Positions 22,581-36,109 of a stretch of DNA of 64,000 bases are shown one piece after another. The number at the start of each line of letters is the position of its first letter. The stretch's first letter is position 1. The DNA comes from Botryllus schlosseri (lineage: Eukaryota). The notes below the pieces were generated by a model. That model made no database searches. It was given only the letters and a program-made list of their open reading frames with translations, and was not told the DNA's origin. The translations under genes and the position numbers were made by a program. Location of the stretch: positions 8,372,001 to 8,436,000 of the forward strand of contig CM119372.1 of assembly GCA_051294905.1 (NCBI GenBank), given 5' to 3'.

Positions 22581-23214
22581 ACTCAATGAATACCCATCGG
22601 CCTGCTTACTACATTTTAAATATTCTCTCCGCTATTGTGTACACAAGAATATACTTTTCTTAGTAACCAATTTCTCGTGAATTCCGAAACACATTGACGT
22701 GTGTTAACTTCTGGTATTACGTGATAATATCATTTTCATGTCTGATAATGTCACTTGTCAAGGTGATATAAACGTAAGCTCAAACTACTTTGACATACAC
22801 AGTCCTAAAAGTAGGTAGTTCCACCTGAAAAACCTCTTGAGTAGAGGGTAAGTTATCTACGGAAATAACCATCTATATTAGTTACTTTTAGATCCCTAAT
22901 TGTACTTTTGCGCAATATTTGAGTTTTAGGAAGTACCCTTCAAAGTGAGCCTACATCTTGGATATTATCCAAAACCACATAAATTTCGCTTCGAACGAGG
23001 TATCCTTTAAAATAAGGTAGAAGTAGTCATTTCCGAGTAAGTAAAACGTTAGTACTCTAGGTCCATTTCTGTTCAATACTCTAGCTATCATGAAGTTGAT
23101 GTACTCCAATATCATAAGGACTTGAGAGTATTTGGTGCATGTAGGCAAAAAACCTACTTGGGTATTCTCACAAAGTGCGAGTACTATACTTAACAATTCT
23201 GAAAGTTAGCGCAG

Positions 23215-24250
23215 TGGTATGTTCCATTGTCATAATGTCCTACACCTGTGAACCGATCTTCAAGTTGCGCATTCAATGTTAAGCTCGGTAATTCCGTTAT
23301 TAAAGTTGAGTATGCATAGGTACGTGCTACGCTCCGCAAAAGTCGGCATGGAACTGGATTAGTTTTAAAGTTGTTCAATCATGAAATGCGTAACAAAATT
23401 TGACATGGTGCATTGTCATAATGTCTTACAACGGTGTAGCGAGTTTCAAGGTTGGGAGTCGATTATTAACATGGTAATTCCGTTATTAAAGTTGACTATG
23501 CATAGGTACGTGCTACGCTACGGAAAAACAGACTTAGCCAAAAGTCTGTATAGAACTGCGTTGGTTTTAAAGGTGTTACATCATGAAATGTGTGACGAAA
23601 TTTGGTATGGTTCATTCTTATTATGTCCTACAACTGCGTACCAACGTTCAAGGTGAGAATTTGATGTTTAGCATACTAATTCTGTTATTAAAATTGACTA
23701 TGTATGGGTATATGCTGTGTTCACGAAAAGCAGATATGCGTAAAAGACGGTATTCGACTGCGATAGTTTCAAAGGTGTTCCATCATTAGATGTGTGATGA
23801 TGAAATCTAGCATGGTGCATTGCCATAATGTCCTACAACTACGTATCAAGTTTAGAGTTGGGATTCAATGTTAAGCATGGTAATTCCGTTATTAAAGTTG
23901 GCTATGTATGGGTACGTACTATACGCCCCCACAAAACAGATGTACGCAAAATGTCGATGTAGAGCCGCGTTAGTTTTAAAGTTGTTCCAATATGAAATGC
24001 GTGAGGAAATTTCGTATGCTGCATAATCACAATGTCCTACAACTACGTACCAAGTTTCAAGGTGAGGATTCACATATTAGCATGGTAATTCTGGTATTAA
24101 AGCTGACTATGTATATGTACATGTACTGTACACGCTAGCGAAACAGATGTAGGCAAAAGTTGCTATAGAACTGCGTTAGTTTTAAAGTTATTCCATCATA
24201 AAATGTAAATGTGTGATGCAATTTGGTATGCTGCATAATCACAATGCCCT
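23215..24250. repeat. Third, diverged copy of the ~202-bp array in the spacer of A
   Basis: Direct paralogue of ~26217-27000 (offset ~3002). ORF-track entries 23381 and 26383 are similar but differ at several residues. Confidence 0.85.
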
Positions 24251-24284
24251 GGAGCTCATTTAGATACGTGTTTAATGTAGTTAC

Positions 24285-27200
24285 ACATTCTAGTTGTTTT
24301 GATGTAAGGAAAAAATCATTCGGTAACTCGACACAACTATGCTCAATTGCCGCTTTTTAAAGTCCTTCACAGCATCTTTTCTCATATAAACGGACAACCG
24401 GTTTCAGAGTATACCCGCGTCGATCGCATCGCATTTATATCAACGGTTAACCACATGAAATAACAATATGCTCTTGTATATCGAAATGTATGCTTTGGAA
24501 ATCGACGGATATTGTGTGTCCTGGTGTGTGTGTCTGTGTGTGTCCCGGTTCGTGCTTTAGCCTCCCACAGAGTCAATATGTTGAAATTAGCAACCTCCAT
24601 GACTTTGGTAACTGCTTGGTACACGGATAATGGTTGAATTTATGTCCCCGTCGCGCTAACAAATCCGGGTTACTTGTGAGTTTTCTCACACATGTTTACT
24701 ATATTGTGTCACTCTTTATTGGTCAATACATATCCCACCGTTCAGTTTGAAATCGGAAACCCGAGAAAGTATTAAACGGATCCGGATATCAACTCTGAAT
24801 CGACAAACCAATGAACAATATTCAAACATGTTACATCCCCCGTGTTTCCATGAAAATAACAAGACATTACACATCCAGTATACTTCACGATTGTTCATAG
24901 ATACCAAGTATTCGCGTAAAGGAGGTGTGTGACATTACATACATCATGGATAACATCATGGCCGGCACTACAAGCATCATGGATTACAAATTCATGTTCT
25001 GAAGTCTCATACATGCACCGACTCTGTACATTCAATGTGGAGGTAGCTGACTTGGAGACAGAAAAACACACATATTTGACCGTAACATGGTCTTAGTATG
25101 AACCGACATGCATTCGACTTGTGGAAAAATGTGTCGCATACTATTTCAACGAGATTACAACCCTTTCACGGTTCACAACTTGATATATCAACTTCACAGG
25201 GTAGTTCGGATTCTCAGGTAGACTTGAATCGTGATCCGGATCTCGGAATATAGTAAAATCGGGGTATGTAGTTTAATTACTCACTCACTACTCTATATGT
25301 TGGTGGTGGTCATACCCTGCAAACTTTTTTTTGGTGTGAACGTAGTGTTTCACCTTACATCAGTTGGTTCAATGTATGTACCGGGTTGTGAAAACTGTCG
25401 CTGTTTTGAGTATGTGTCACAATCAATACTAAATACGAGAATTCGTTACTCGTCGAAACGCCGCAGTCAGACATCGTTAACAGCGATTCCGTGTATGGCA
25501 ATCTTGAGTTCAATTGCGGTTTTGTGATGTTAACCAAGCGGCTGTGTTTCTGCGGTGTGAAGACTGAATTCGTGTTGTTTCCCCGCAAGAGTGCGATGTC
25601 TATTTCACACCTAGAGCAATTATAAAACGCATATTCGAAACTTTTGGTCTAGTTCATCCGCTTGCATTTCGAAACGGACCATCACGACAAGACTCTAACC
25701 CACCACATCCGTGGTTTCAGTTGATCATATCGAAGAATATCATGTCCATCGACTGCGTTAGTAAATTCCACTCCGAGCGCTGCGGCTTAGCTCAAGCGAA
25801 CAAGTATTTCGTACTTTAGGTGTCAAATCATCTTTCTTATGATAAATAAGCATAGGAAGAATTAATCAGAAAATTTTGTAGAGTACCGTAGGCATCGATA
25901 TTTTGAGTGAAATGGGCTTCCTTATCTTGAATTGAAACGGAGAGAATAAATCGAAACAATTTGCAGAGTCCCGTAGGCTTCAAGACATAGCTCAGGCTGA
26001 GATTACAGCCTAATAACGAGGGCATCGAGTGGGATGTTATAGGAAACAAGACGAATCGTTGTAAAAGTGTTGAAACTTAATTACATCTGTAATTCCATCA
26101 CTAAAGTTGATCACGCATAGGTACGTGCTACGCTCCCGCAAACAGATTCCTGCGAAGTTGGTATAGAACTGCGTTAGTTTTAAAGGTGTTCCATCATGAA
26201 ATGTGTGATGAAATTTGATATGTTCCATTATCATACTGTCCTACACCTGTGAACCAATCTTCAAGTTGCGCATTCAATGTTTAGCTCGGTAATTCCGTTA
26301 TTAAAGTTGAGTATGCATCGGTACGTACTACGCTCCAGCTAAAGTCGGTATGGAACTGTGTTAGTTTTAAAGTTGTTCAATCATGAAATGCGTAACAAAA
26401 TTTGAAATGGTGCATTGTCATAATGTCTTACAACTGCGTACCGAGTTTCACGGTGGGGAGTCGATTATTAACATGCTAATTCCGTTATTGAAGTTGACTA
26501 TGTATAGGTACGTGCTACGCTACGGAAAAACAGATTTAGCCAAAAGTTTGTATAGAACTGCGTTGGTTTTAAAGGTGTTACATCATGAAATGTCTGACGA
26601 AATTTGGTATGATGTATTGTTATTATGTCCTACAACTGCGTACCAACGTTCAAGGTGAGAATTTAATGTTTAGCATGCTAATTCTGCTATTAAAATTGAC
26701 TATGTATGGGTATATGCTATGTTCACGAAAAACAGATATGCGTAAAAGTCGGTGTTCGACTGCGATAGTTTCAGAGGTGTTCCATCATTAGATGTGTGAT
26801 GAAATTCAGCATGGTGCATTGCCATAATGTCCTACAACTACGTATCAAGTATCGAGTTGGGATTCAATGTTAAGCATGGTAATTCCGTTATTAAAGTTGG
26901 CTATGTATGGGTACGTGCTATGCGCTCCCACAAAACAGATGTACGCAAAAAGTCGATGTAGAGCCGCGTTAGTTTTAAAGTTGTTCCATCATGAAATGTG
27001 TGATGGGATTTGGTATGGCGCATTGTTATACTCTCCTATAACCGCGTACCGACTTTCATGGTGAGAATTCAATGTTTAACACGGCAATTCTGCTATCAAA
27101 ATTGACTATGTTTAGGTATATGCTATGTTCACGCAAAACAGATATGCGTATGATGGTTTGGGATAAAATGTAATTTTTCGTGCTTTTTTATTTTTTAATA

Positions 27201-30200
27201 AAATCAGTATTCATTTTACAGAAACGTCGTGTGAAGGTAAAGTACTTGTACATTTCGAAGTACTCAAGTATAAGTTCTGGTCAGCTAAATTTCGATGTCA
27301 TAGAAATACCACAAACTGTGCAACTTGTACTTCTTCAGAGTACTCAATTAGGTTTTTAGCTATATGCAACAAATACTTTCGGGTGTTTTTGATATTGGAC
27401 TGCTTCAACTCCATGGTAATTATAGTATTAAGCAGAAATGAACCTACAATACGAACGTTTTACTTACTCGGAAATGACTACTTTTACGTTAATTTATAAA
27501 ACTCAAGTAAAGCTCACGAAATCCATAGTGTAAACGTCTCTAATGCGCTGAAAAAGGCAGAAAAAGTACTCAATACGCTAAATTTGAATCTAAAAATATT
27601 AATTCTCGTAAAACGTAGTGGGTGTGGGATTCGAACCTATATGTGAACACTTGTTCATTGGAACTTAAATCCAAAAAGCTATACTTTACAAAAATTTTGG
27701 AGTACTGACTTTTTTAGGTAAATTCTGTTACGCGCTTAGTTACTAACTCTGAAAGCCAGCAAATATTGTGGTATTTGATCAATATGGAAATTCGTGCACT
27801 TTGCGTTTAGGTTGTGTTGTAAACATGAGTAACTTATAACACTTGTTCATTGAAACTCAAGTCCAACGCCTTAACCGCTCGCTCAAGCCAGTTCCGTTGC
27901 TACGATATCTGAGAAATCTATTAAATTAGGGTAGAAATAACTATTTCCAAGTAAGTTTCACGAAGTCTCGATACGCTATATTTAATCTAAAAATATTAAT
28001 CCCCATAAAACGTACTGGGTGTGGGGTTCGAAGCCTAGAATAATAAGCGGATCGTGATTGAAAATAGAAGGAGGATCACTGGATTAACGTTTATGGAATA
28101 CTCCGCAATGTAAAATTAGTATATACTGCACAAAATCCAGAGTGTAAGAGTCTTTACTGCATCGGAATAGTGTAGTTTTCCATCTACTTTACAAAATTTA
28201 TACGATTTTTCCTGCTACGTTCCGGGATAAAATGTAATTTTTCGCACTTTTTAATTTTTAATAAAATTAGTATCCATTATACAAAAACGACGTGTAAAGG
28301 TAAAGTATGAATACAAGTACAAGTAGAGATTTCAAAGTAAGTAAGTGGTTATGTTCGTAGACTAACCCCACTTCTACGTAACGATTTTTCAGTAAGTAGT
28401 CATGTTTCTAGGCTACTTTTACTTCTATTTAACGAGTTTTCATACAAATCTGCTTTCTTTAATGACATTCAAGTAGGCTACTTACTTTAGATTATTAAAA
28501 GTATAGTGATTGAAAATAGATCACTGGATTATAGTTTACAGAAAACTCCACAATTCTATGTGACGTCCTTGCATGCCAACAACCTTCGAACTATTCGCCA
28601 TCTCATAAACACTTGAGTAGGCCTACATTTGATGCGTGTGGGGAAAACCTAGTTAAATTTTCATGTGCATTTAGTTTCCAGCTCTGAAAGCAAGCTTGGT
28701 CTATGATCAATAGCAACTTTTGCGTAAACTCCGTTCTATTTCACTTCATACCTATACAATGTAGATAGTCTATTCGAATAATCCGATGTATAATTGAACT
28801 TTCCTCTGCATGATCATTAGGGCTTCTATTTTTTGTTGCAGGGCAACTTTGTTGTAGCCGAAAGCGGTATTATCTAGCAACAAGGTTTAAATGACTCGCC
28901 TCCGGCGTTTATTGACCGTATTACCCGTATTCTCGTCATGCAAAAATTATGCATATATTAGTATGAAGCTCAGATGCAGCAAAGTGTGTGAGACTGGCTG
29001 TAAAATGGCGCGAAGCAGCGACTCTAATTTCCCGGCTTATAGCAAACAACGACGCTGAAATTCTACTTCAGACGCAGCAAAGTGGGTGAGACTGCCTGTA
29101 AAAATTGCGCGAAGGTACATTTCTCGGCTTATAACAAATAACGACGCTGAAATTCTACTTCAGATGCAGAAAAGTTAATGCGTTTGGCTATATAAATTGC
29201 GCGAAGGTGCATTTCTCGGCTTATAGCGAATAACGACGCTGAAATTCTACTTCAGATACAGCAAATGCGGCAAAGTCTGCGCGAATAGCTGCATAAATTG
29301 CGAAAAGATGCGACTCTAATTTTTAGGCTTTATTGCAAATACCGATCGACTTTTGCGTGAATTCTGTTATGCGTTTTACTACGTTAATGAATAAAAGTTA
29401 GTATTCTAGGTCTATATTTCTGTTTAATACTGAAAATGTCATGAAGTTGAATCGTTACTAGGTATTAATATTATGTTGATCGCGCGAAATGTGCGTAGAA
29501 TTTTAATACATCATCAAATAACCACGCCTATAGTTCAACGTGGATGAGTGTTATCTGAGAGCTCATACTATCCGCGAAAATACACAGTCCTAAATACACA
29601 TAATAGAATATCTTGCGAATATAGTCTTGCGTAGACATCATAGTTTTCGAAATTTGTTCATAAATACAAACGGCAATAGTCTGGCGGCGAGCGATAAAAC
29701 ATAGTGATCAAAATTATCGCTAAGCAATACCGATTTTGCGTAAATGCCGTTATGCGTCTGACTACGTAACTAGGGATTATGTAGTTGGTTACGAAATTGA
29801 GTGTGCTATCTTCCCAATCGGTATGGAACAACATCAAAATCATTACACAGTAATATCGACTTTTGCTTGATTTCTGTTACGCGTTTATAAATGAACATTA
29901 ATTAATTATTGATCCGCGAAAATACAAAGTTCTAAATTCACATAAGAATAAGCGAGAATTCATATTCCCAAAAACAGATCAGTACGCGTTTTCGAAGTAG
30001 TCGCATTAGTCCTAAATACACATATTAGAATATTAGTCCTAAATACACATACTATATTATCTAAGGAAAGTATCATCTAACGTATAATGAATGTTATTTA
30101 TTTCTCGGAAGCATGGACCGGCCATAGTCCGACGTTAAGTATATTATGAGAGTGTTTACATTCTAAATAGCCTGAGGGCCTGCAACAAACGATTCAACCC

Positions 30201-30208
30201 TCACTACT
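24285..30208 (-). repeat. Right inverted arm of element A
   Basis: Reverse complement of 16559-22482. Confidence 0.95.
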
Positions 30209-30888
30209 CAGTGCCCCTTCATTGTTCATTATGTTGAGGCGTGACACGTTCTATGGCAATGGTTCTTGCCGTGGGCACTATACCGTCCCCGTGGGTGATT
30301 ATGACACTGACGTAGGGGAAATACTTCGGGACGCACGGTCAGCATATATCAGTTTGTAGATTTTGACAGCCCACGACAGCGTATTTATGGCTGCTTTTCG
30401 CAACTATACTTACTTACTCACTTACTTAAGTAGCGAGTAAATTCTAATTGTACTTGAAGTAGCTTTGAACCGCTTCTAAAAGCATTGCTTCTGCTCGTAT
30501 TTGAGTAGAATTTTACGTCGCTCCATCTACCTTTATCTGAGTAGCTTTTTTGATTAATTTGACCACCTCTGCATGCATGACCAGAGCATGTTTTACGATT
30601 ACTCTTAGATCAAATCAAATATCTTTGAGCATTAAGTAAATTATCGTGGCACCGTCCCGCAACTGCATTCTCACAACTCCAGTAAGAATGAGTCTTCCTC
30701 GTGATTTGTTGACCAATAACCATGACTCCGCCTGGGGAATATAAATAATTGTGCGCTTGATACAACACCCTTCCAGCGATATATTCCTTGTATATTGGTA
30801 GTTGAATGCGGAATAAATCTATACCGAATCATGATAAATATTCAGAGACATACCTAATATATATACATATTGAGCGCAGCGATTGCAG

Positions 30889-30933
30889 AAATTGCCCGTT
30901 CCCGCGGTGAAGAGCAAACATCTTTCTCTGTCG
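30889..30933 (+). CDS. Putative small exon
   Basis: TTGCAG acceptor, frame KLPVPAVKSKHLSLS, GTAAAA donor. Phase 0 to 0. Confidence 0.4.
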
Positions 30934-31031
30934 GTAAAACATTCAACATGCAATTCATACGTGTAATTTATCGCCACACTGACATATAGGCCTATGTAGA
31001 CCTTGCTCTCGATATGTCTATCTTACTTCAG

Positions 31032-31101
31032 AAATCACACTCCGTAATTCCCGCTGCTCCTGTAAATGAAGAAGGACTAAAGAAGCAGTCACCTTCCATC
31101 G
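31032..31101 (+). CDS. Putative exon
   Basis: TCTTACTTCAG acceptor, frame KSHSVIPAAPVNEEGLKKQSPSI, GTAAGA donor. Phase 0 to 1. Confidence 0.55.
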
Positions 31102-31248
31102 GTAAGACGCAAGAGATGCCGCCTTCTCGGGCTTTAAGAATTCTCGATATGGTTATGTCTATCTATTTCTAGACTTCCCGTGCTATATCAATCAGCGATC
31201 GGCAATGCGCTTCATGTCCGCTAAATTAATCTGATTGATCTTTTCCAG

Positions 31249-31550
31249 AGAAAGTAGTCGAAAGTATCAACGTAAGAAACTTCGCGGATAAAAGCGACGA
31301 ACAGTCTTTAAAGCGGAGAACCTTTCAACTTTTCGCGGTCAACTTACATTGGTATTTCTTCATATCGGTATTCTCCCTTCTGCTCTCCCTCGTGCTGCTG
31401 AGCTTGATGATATGGCAAATTCAAAGCGTCGCCCATGCCACGGTTGAGTTACAAGAAATTCGACATCTTATTCCTCGCCGTACAGTTGCCGGCGAGGAAG
31501 CAGGCGGAGGATCACCATCTAACGAAAGTTTGGTTGGATTTCTTGTGTGA
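31249..31550 (+). CDS. Putative terminal exon with one transmembrane helix
   Basis: TCTTTTCCAG acceptor, phase 1. About 100 open codons, KVVESINVRNFADKSD...WYFFISVFSLLLSLVLLSLMIWQI...LVGFLV-stop. Confidence 0.6.
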
Positions 31551-31582
31551 TCACTGCGTTGCTATGGGCTGAGGCTGTATAG

Positions 31583-33169
31583 TAGGGTTGTCCATAATTT
31601 GGAAAATCTCAAAATTTATGCGTATCCATGTCTCATTCTATAGATTATAGTTAAAAAACGTCAATGAACCTGCAATAAGCTCACGGGAAAGTCGTTAACA
31701 TTTGTCTAAATGCGTTTGAAAGTAGCTGCCGTAGAGTGGGCGTGTTTGCGACCATAGAACGGCAAGCAGACTAGTAATCACGAAATCACGGCGTTTGATT
31801 AGCTAATCTGCTACGCTTCAATGATCACGACATTGGCGGCTTGTTGATCAGCTGGTAAAGGAATCGGCTAACGGCGGTGATTCTGTAAGCGCATTGTAGG
31901 TTGGTCCGCCAATCATTATTTAGGATTAATTCAGAACATGTTGAGTAACGAAACACATGATGAACAAAGAACAGCTGCTTCACAATATCTTTAAATACAT
32001 GACATGATGGCTTATTGTGAATGTAACCGTTGTAGCCTGTATGCCTTGATTTCATTGATGGAAAGCACAAAAACAAGCGGAAAAATATTGCAAAGGCGCT
32101 TATGCAAGTGGCAAACGAATTTCTAGTTTCAGAGGGGATGTATCGTCATTGAATACAGATAAGCTTGACATTGACACTACTTTGTCTGAACTTATTAGGC
32201 TGTTGTCGTGGTGAAGTCTTGAATGCTGTAAGGGCTGGATTAATCTGTCATTTATGCTTGGCACTTGTCAGAATATTGCAGCATAATGAATCATACCCGC
32301 AAGTGCTGTCAAAGTCTTCAATGATGCCGCGAAAAGAGGTCTAAAGATGAGCACAGACTATGCTGGTAGGACCAGCAAAAAGACAGTTTGCTTGCATTGC
32401 TTAGCATGTCCTTTATGAATCTTAGATCATTACCGGCTGCATGACGACTAATGCTTGAATCAAACCAGACATGGACATAAAAATGATGTATTGAAGCGGT
32501 GTGGTAGTTACACTCTTCTTCAGAAATCCAATGTAAGCTACCTGGTCGGCCCACATATCTTCTGAGCATACAGGATTGTGTCCAGAATCCATGTCACATG
32601 GTATGCTGCACCAGTTTGGCGATGTCTAATATACCTTACCTGCACCCAGAAAAACAGGATCACTTGGTGTGATCTCAAGCATATCAGATATGTAGGCTAT
32701 TTCTGGTGTCTATACTTACTTCTATAAGTTCACAATAAATTCGCTGTTTCACCTCTGTCATGCCTGCAATGGGTTATTGTTGCACTAAAGCTATCGGTAC
32801 TTAGTTTTAACACTAAAACATTCAATGACCAGATGTCTCAGTTTATTATTAAATCACCAACGTACAATGCGCTTACAGAATCATTGTCGTTAGCGAACTT
32901 CTTGAACTAGTATAAACACATAATCAGCAAGCCGCTGTGGTCGTGACCATTCAAGCATAGCTGATTAACCAATGAAGAGACATGATTTCGTGATTACTAG
33001 TCTTCTCGCCGTTCTATGGTCGCTAACACGCCCACTCTAAGGCAGCTACTTTCAAACTCATTTCCTATGAGCTTATTGCAGGTTCATTGATGTTTTTTTA
33101 TCAATAATCTACAGAATGAGACATGGATACGCATCTTTTTTGAGATTTTCCAAATTATGGACAACCCTA
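31583..33169. mobile_element. hATm-type DNA transposon deletion derivative with ~220-bp TIRs
   Basis: TIR TAGGGTTGTCCATAATTTGGAAAATCTC / GAGATTTTCCAAATTATGGACAACCCTA. Perfect 8-bp TSD CTGTATAG. Confidence 0.85.
32300..32690 (-). pseudogene. Degraded hATm-like transposase fragment
   Basis: Broken frames VFLGAG / RQTGAAYHVTWILDTILYAQKI / FYVHVWFD...AAGNDLRFIKDM resemble the recalled hATm motifs PGAxHHARWM..IY.LK and YVK.WF...AP.NDL.FLK. Confidence 0.55.
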
Positions 33170-36109
33170 CTGTATAGTCAAACCTTAAAACTATCAATTG
33201 CAAAACTCGATGACATTATCAAGGTGACAATACCTCATAAGTAAATGGAAATTGTAAAATATACCCTGGTTATTCAAGGGGATTTTATACATTAGCGCTT
33301 CAACTAAAGTTAGTCCTACATCTCGTCAGATCTAGCATACTTCTATTAACCACATTTCCAATCAACACTGTTACCCTCTTCACAAAGTAAGGGAGTTTGG
33401 ATCGGTTTTGCCGGTTACGAGTTCACTCTGAATCAATCCCAATAAGTTCTGTCGATGCGCGGACCTTGGATGCAGAATAGGCCATTTCGAATATAATTTT
33501 CGTCAACCGGGTTTGAACATCTGTAAATCTCCTTTTGAAATTGGATCACACTGATTTGTCACCATGACCATAGTCACGTCACTCCGAAGCCCCATGCGAT
33601 CGATTATTTCGTTTTATAATCAACATCAACTATTCATCACCAATCCTTAATTGGCTCTGACGATGTTTTTACCGTATTGTGTTGAATAATTTGACCACAT
33701 TTTGTGCCCTGCGCTGCGTTCGTGCTCACATACACAACGACTTACAACTACAACGACTCGTGACTCAACAGCACCACAATACCATAATGTCATTCATGTT
33801 CTTGGTTGATGAAGCAATAAAATTGAACTGAATATGGAATTGTTTTAGTTTCCAGCTGGCAATAATCTACAGCAAATTATCAATTATCCAAAAACGATGC
33901 GATGACAAAGCATGAAGCCAAAGGACGTCTGAGATGCGGAGAATTCTGTGTTGTGTTCCTCGAAGATATCCCTTAATCATGTACCCGAAGCAAGATATTC
34001 GATATAGCACAAATTGCGACCACATTTACCAACGATACAAAATACTAAAATAGACTGACGCGAACGAAAGCATGAGAAGAATAGGGTGATAGTGGCAAGC
34101 GCAAAGTAGCATCGCAATTCACAACGTATTTTTACTCAAATGCCATCGAATTTGGAATCTGGAGTCGTTACATTAATTCAATTTTAGGACAAGAAGTTTT
34201 TGATAAGGGAGAGTTTTTGCAATTAAACATAATTTCGACGCACTTCGTATGCTATTACCGGCGGTATGAAATTTGAGATAGGAATATTACCTCTATATTT
34301 TTCGCCGCAATCGAATTTAGTGACGACAGAATATTTCATCTATTGGTTATCGCCCTACGTATTTCATTCGTCAAGTTTAATATTTTTATCAGTTCAAAAT
34401 ATTGCAAGATGAAGATAGCGATGAAGAGTGAAATTAGCCGGAAAGACGATCCGCAAAGTGTGAATCAATCTCGCTCAAGCCTTGGCCTACAGGCAGTAAT
34501 ATCTGACGGCCATGGTCGCGAGCCGCAGTTTGGTCATCCCCGCTATATGCCATTGCGTGCGCCCGTATTTTAAGCAACACAGGTTTTGTAGTATGACGTC
34601 ACAAGTCACATTTCGCTGGGGATCAAGCTCTCGATACCGAGGTCCGAGAATATATAGTCAGTTACCGTGGTGCAGATGTTACTTTGACACGTAACAATCT
34701 CGCTCATTAAGGTGATGCTTGCTTTACAAAATCAGACGTAACAGTAACATAAGCACTTGAGTAAGTATATAGTGTACCTGTGCACATAGTATATATATAG
34801 CTGGTCGTACGTGTATTGATAAGAGATATCCATACAGAAAACGTAACAGTTCTATGATCACTACTACGCAATGTATCTTGTAATTGGTGAAGCAAGTTCG
34901 TGAAAAATCAAGCATGTCTAGTACTGTGTGAAACTCGAACCCACTGCGAACGTCACTGCAGATTGTGTTTAGTGAGTGGAATTAGTGGCGCTTATCACAA
35001 CTAAAGGCTTTTTGTGCCATGGACAGAGACAATTTAAAGTGACCAAACATTCATATTATATCACGAAAATGTAACGCATACATGTGTACACGTAAAAGGT
35101 ATAAATAGGTTTTATAACGTTCTTCGTGCCGACCTAACGTATTCAACCACGTGTTGCAATCACTGTACCCTCTAAGCTGCGCGCGTGCGCATGCGCAATT
35201 GCGTACTGCTGACACAGTATAGCGCGCACAGAAAATCCGTGCTTCGCACAAGAAATGTCAACATACCCTTCAAAAATGCTTTCACTATATGCGTTTCGCA
35301 CAACGTACCGATGCTTGTCTGCGTAAACTGGCGACTCATTTAAATGTGCAAATGCACATCACTATAATTCATAATGAAAATTAGTAATCAAACGAAGCGA
35401 CGCGATCTTGACAGAGACGTCGATTTCGACGCCAGTACGCTGAGAAACACCATCTCCTCTCTCGATCACACCAGCATTATACGAGCAAAATAATTCGGGA
35501 GCGAGTGCTAGGGCGGAGATCAGAAAGTGGGATTTTTATCTATTCATCAGGATTCAACAACCCAGGATTAAGGAAATCGGTTGATAGCAGCGCATAAAGT
35601 TAGTTATACTATCATGATTTAGCAAACCGTAACAAACTATAGATAATAGTAATCTATGTACGCAGTGTCCGTACATTGCGTAACATTCCTACGCGCAGAT
35701 ATTTCCGATAATGACCGTGATGATTGTCTCCTATGTAATGGCTTCGCTAAACAGTCAGACAAACAACGAACTATGTGATGATGAAAATTCTACCTACTAT
35801 AGTCGAAGTATCTTTATCGGCGGCCTGCCGTTTCATCCAATAAATTGACAACTCACAGCCAACATCGCGTTTTCGCATTATGATACAATAGATAACACCA
35901 CCTAATTGAAAACCCGGGACACCTCGAATAATAATATCAACACGCGTAAGGGGCCACTTTATCCAACTTTATGCGTCGCGATTACCAATTTTTAATCACA
36001 CGATTAGCATTCCTCCAGATCAGCTAACTTTATGATTGCCGCCCAAAATGCGTCCCGATTAGCAGTTTTTAATCACATGATTAGCCTCCCGGATCAGGCA
36101 ATGTCAGAA

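Larger units (their letters stand above)
16559..30208. mobile_element. Element A: non-autonomous Maverick/Polinton-like giant palindrome (13,650 bp)
   Basis: Termini AGTAGTGAGGGTTG... / ...CAACCCTCACTACT. Perfect 6-bp TSD CAGTGC at 16553-16558 and 30209-30214. Arms 16559-22482 and 24285-30208 mirror each other (x pairs with 46767-x). No ORF over ~100 aa. Confidence 0.85.

Noticed and set aside
16192..30373. hAT element (TAGGGCTGTCCAAAA ... TTTTGACAGCCCA) interrupted by element A
   Set aside because: The terminal match is imperfect and no TSD was found.
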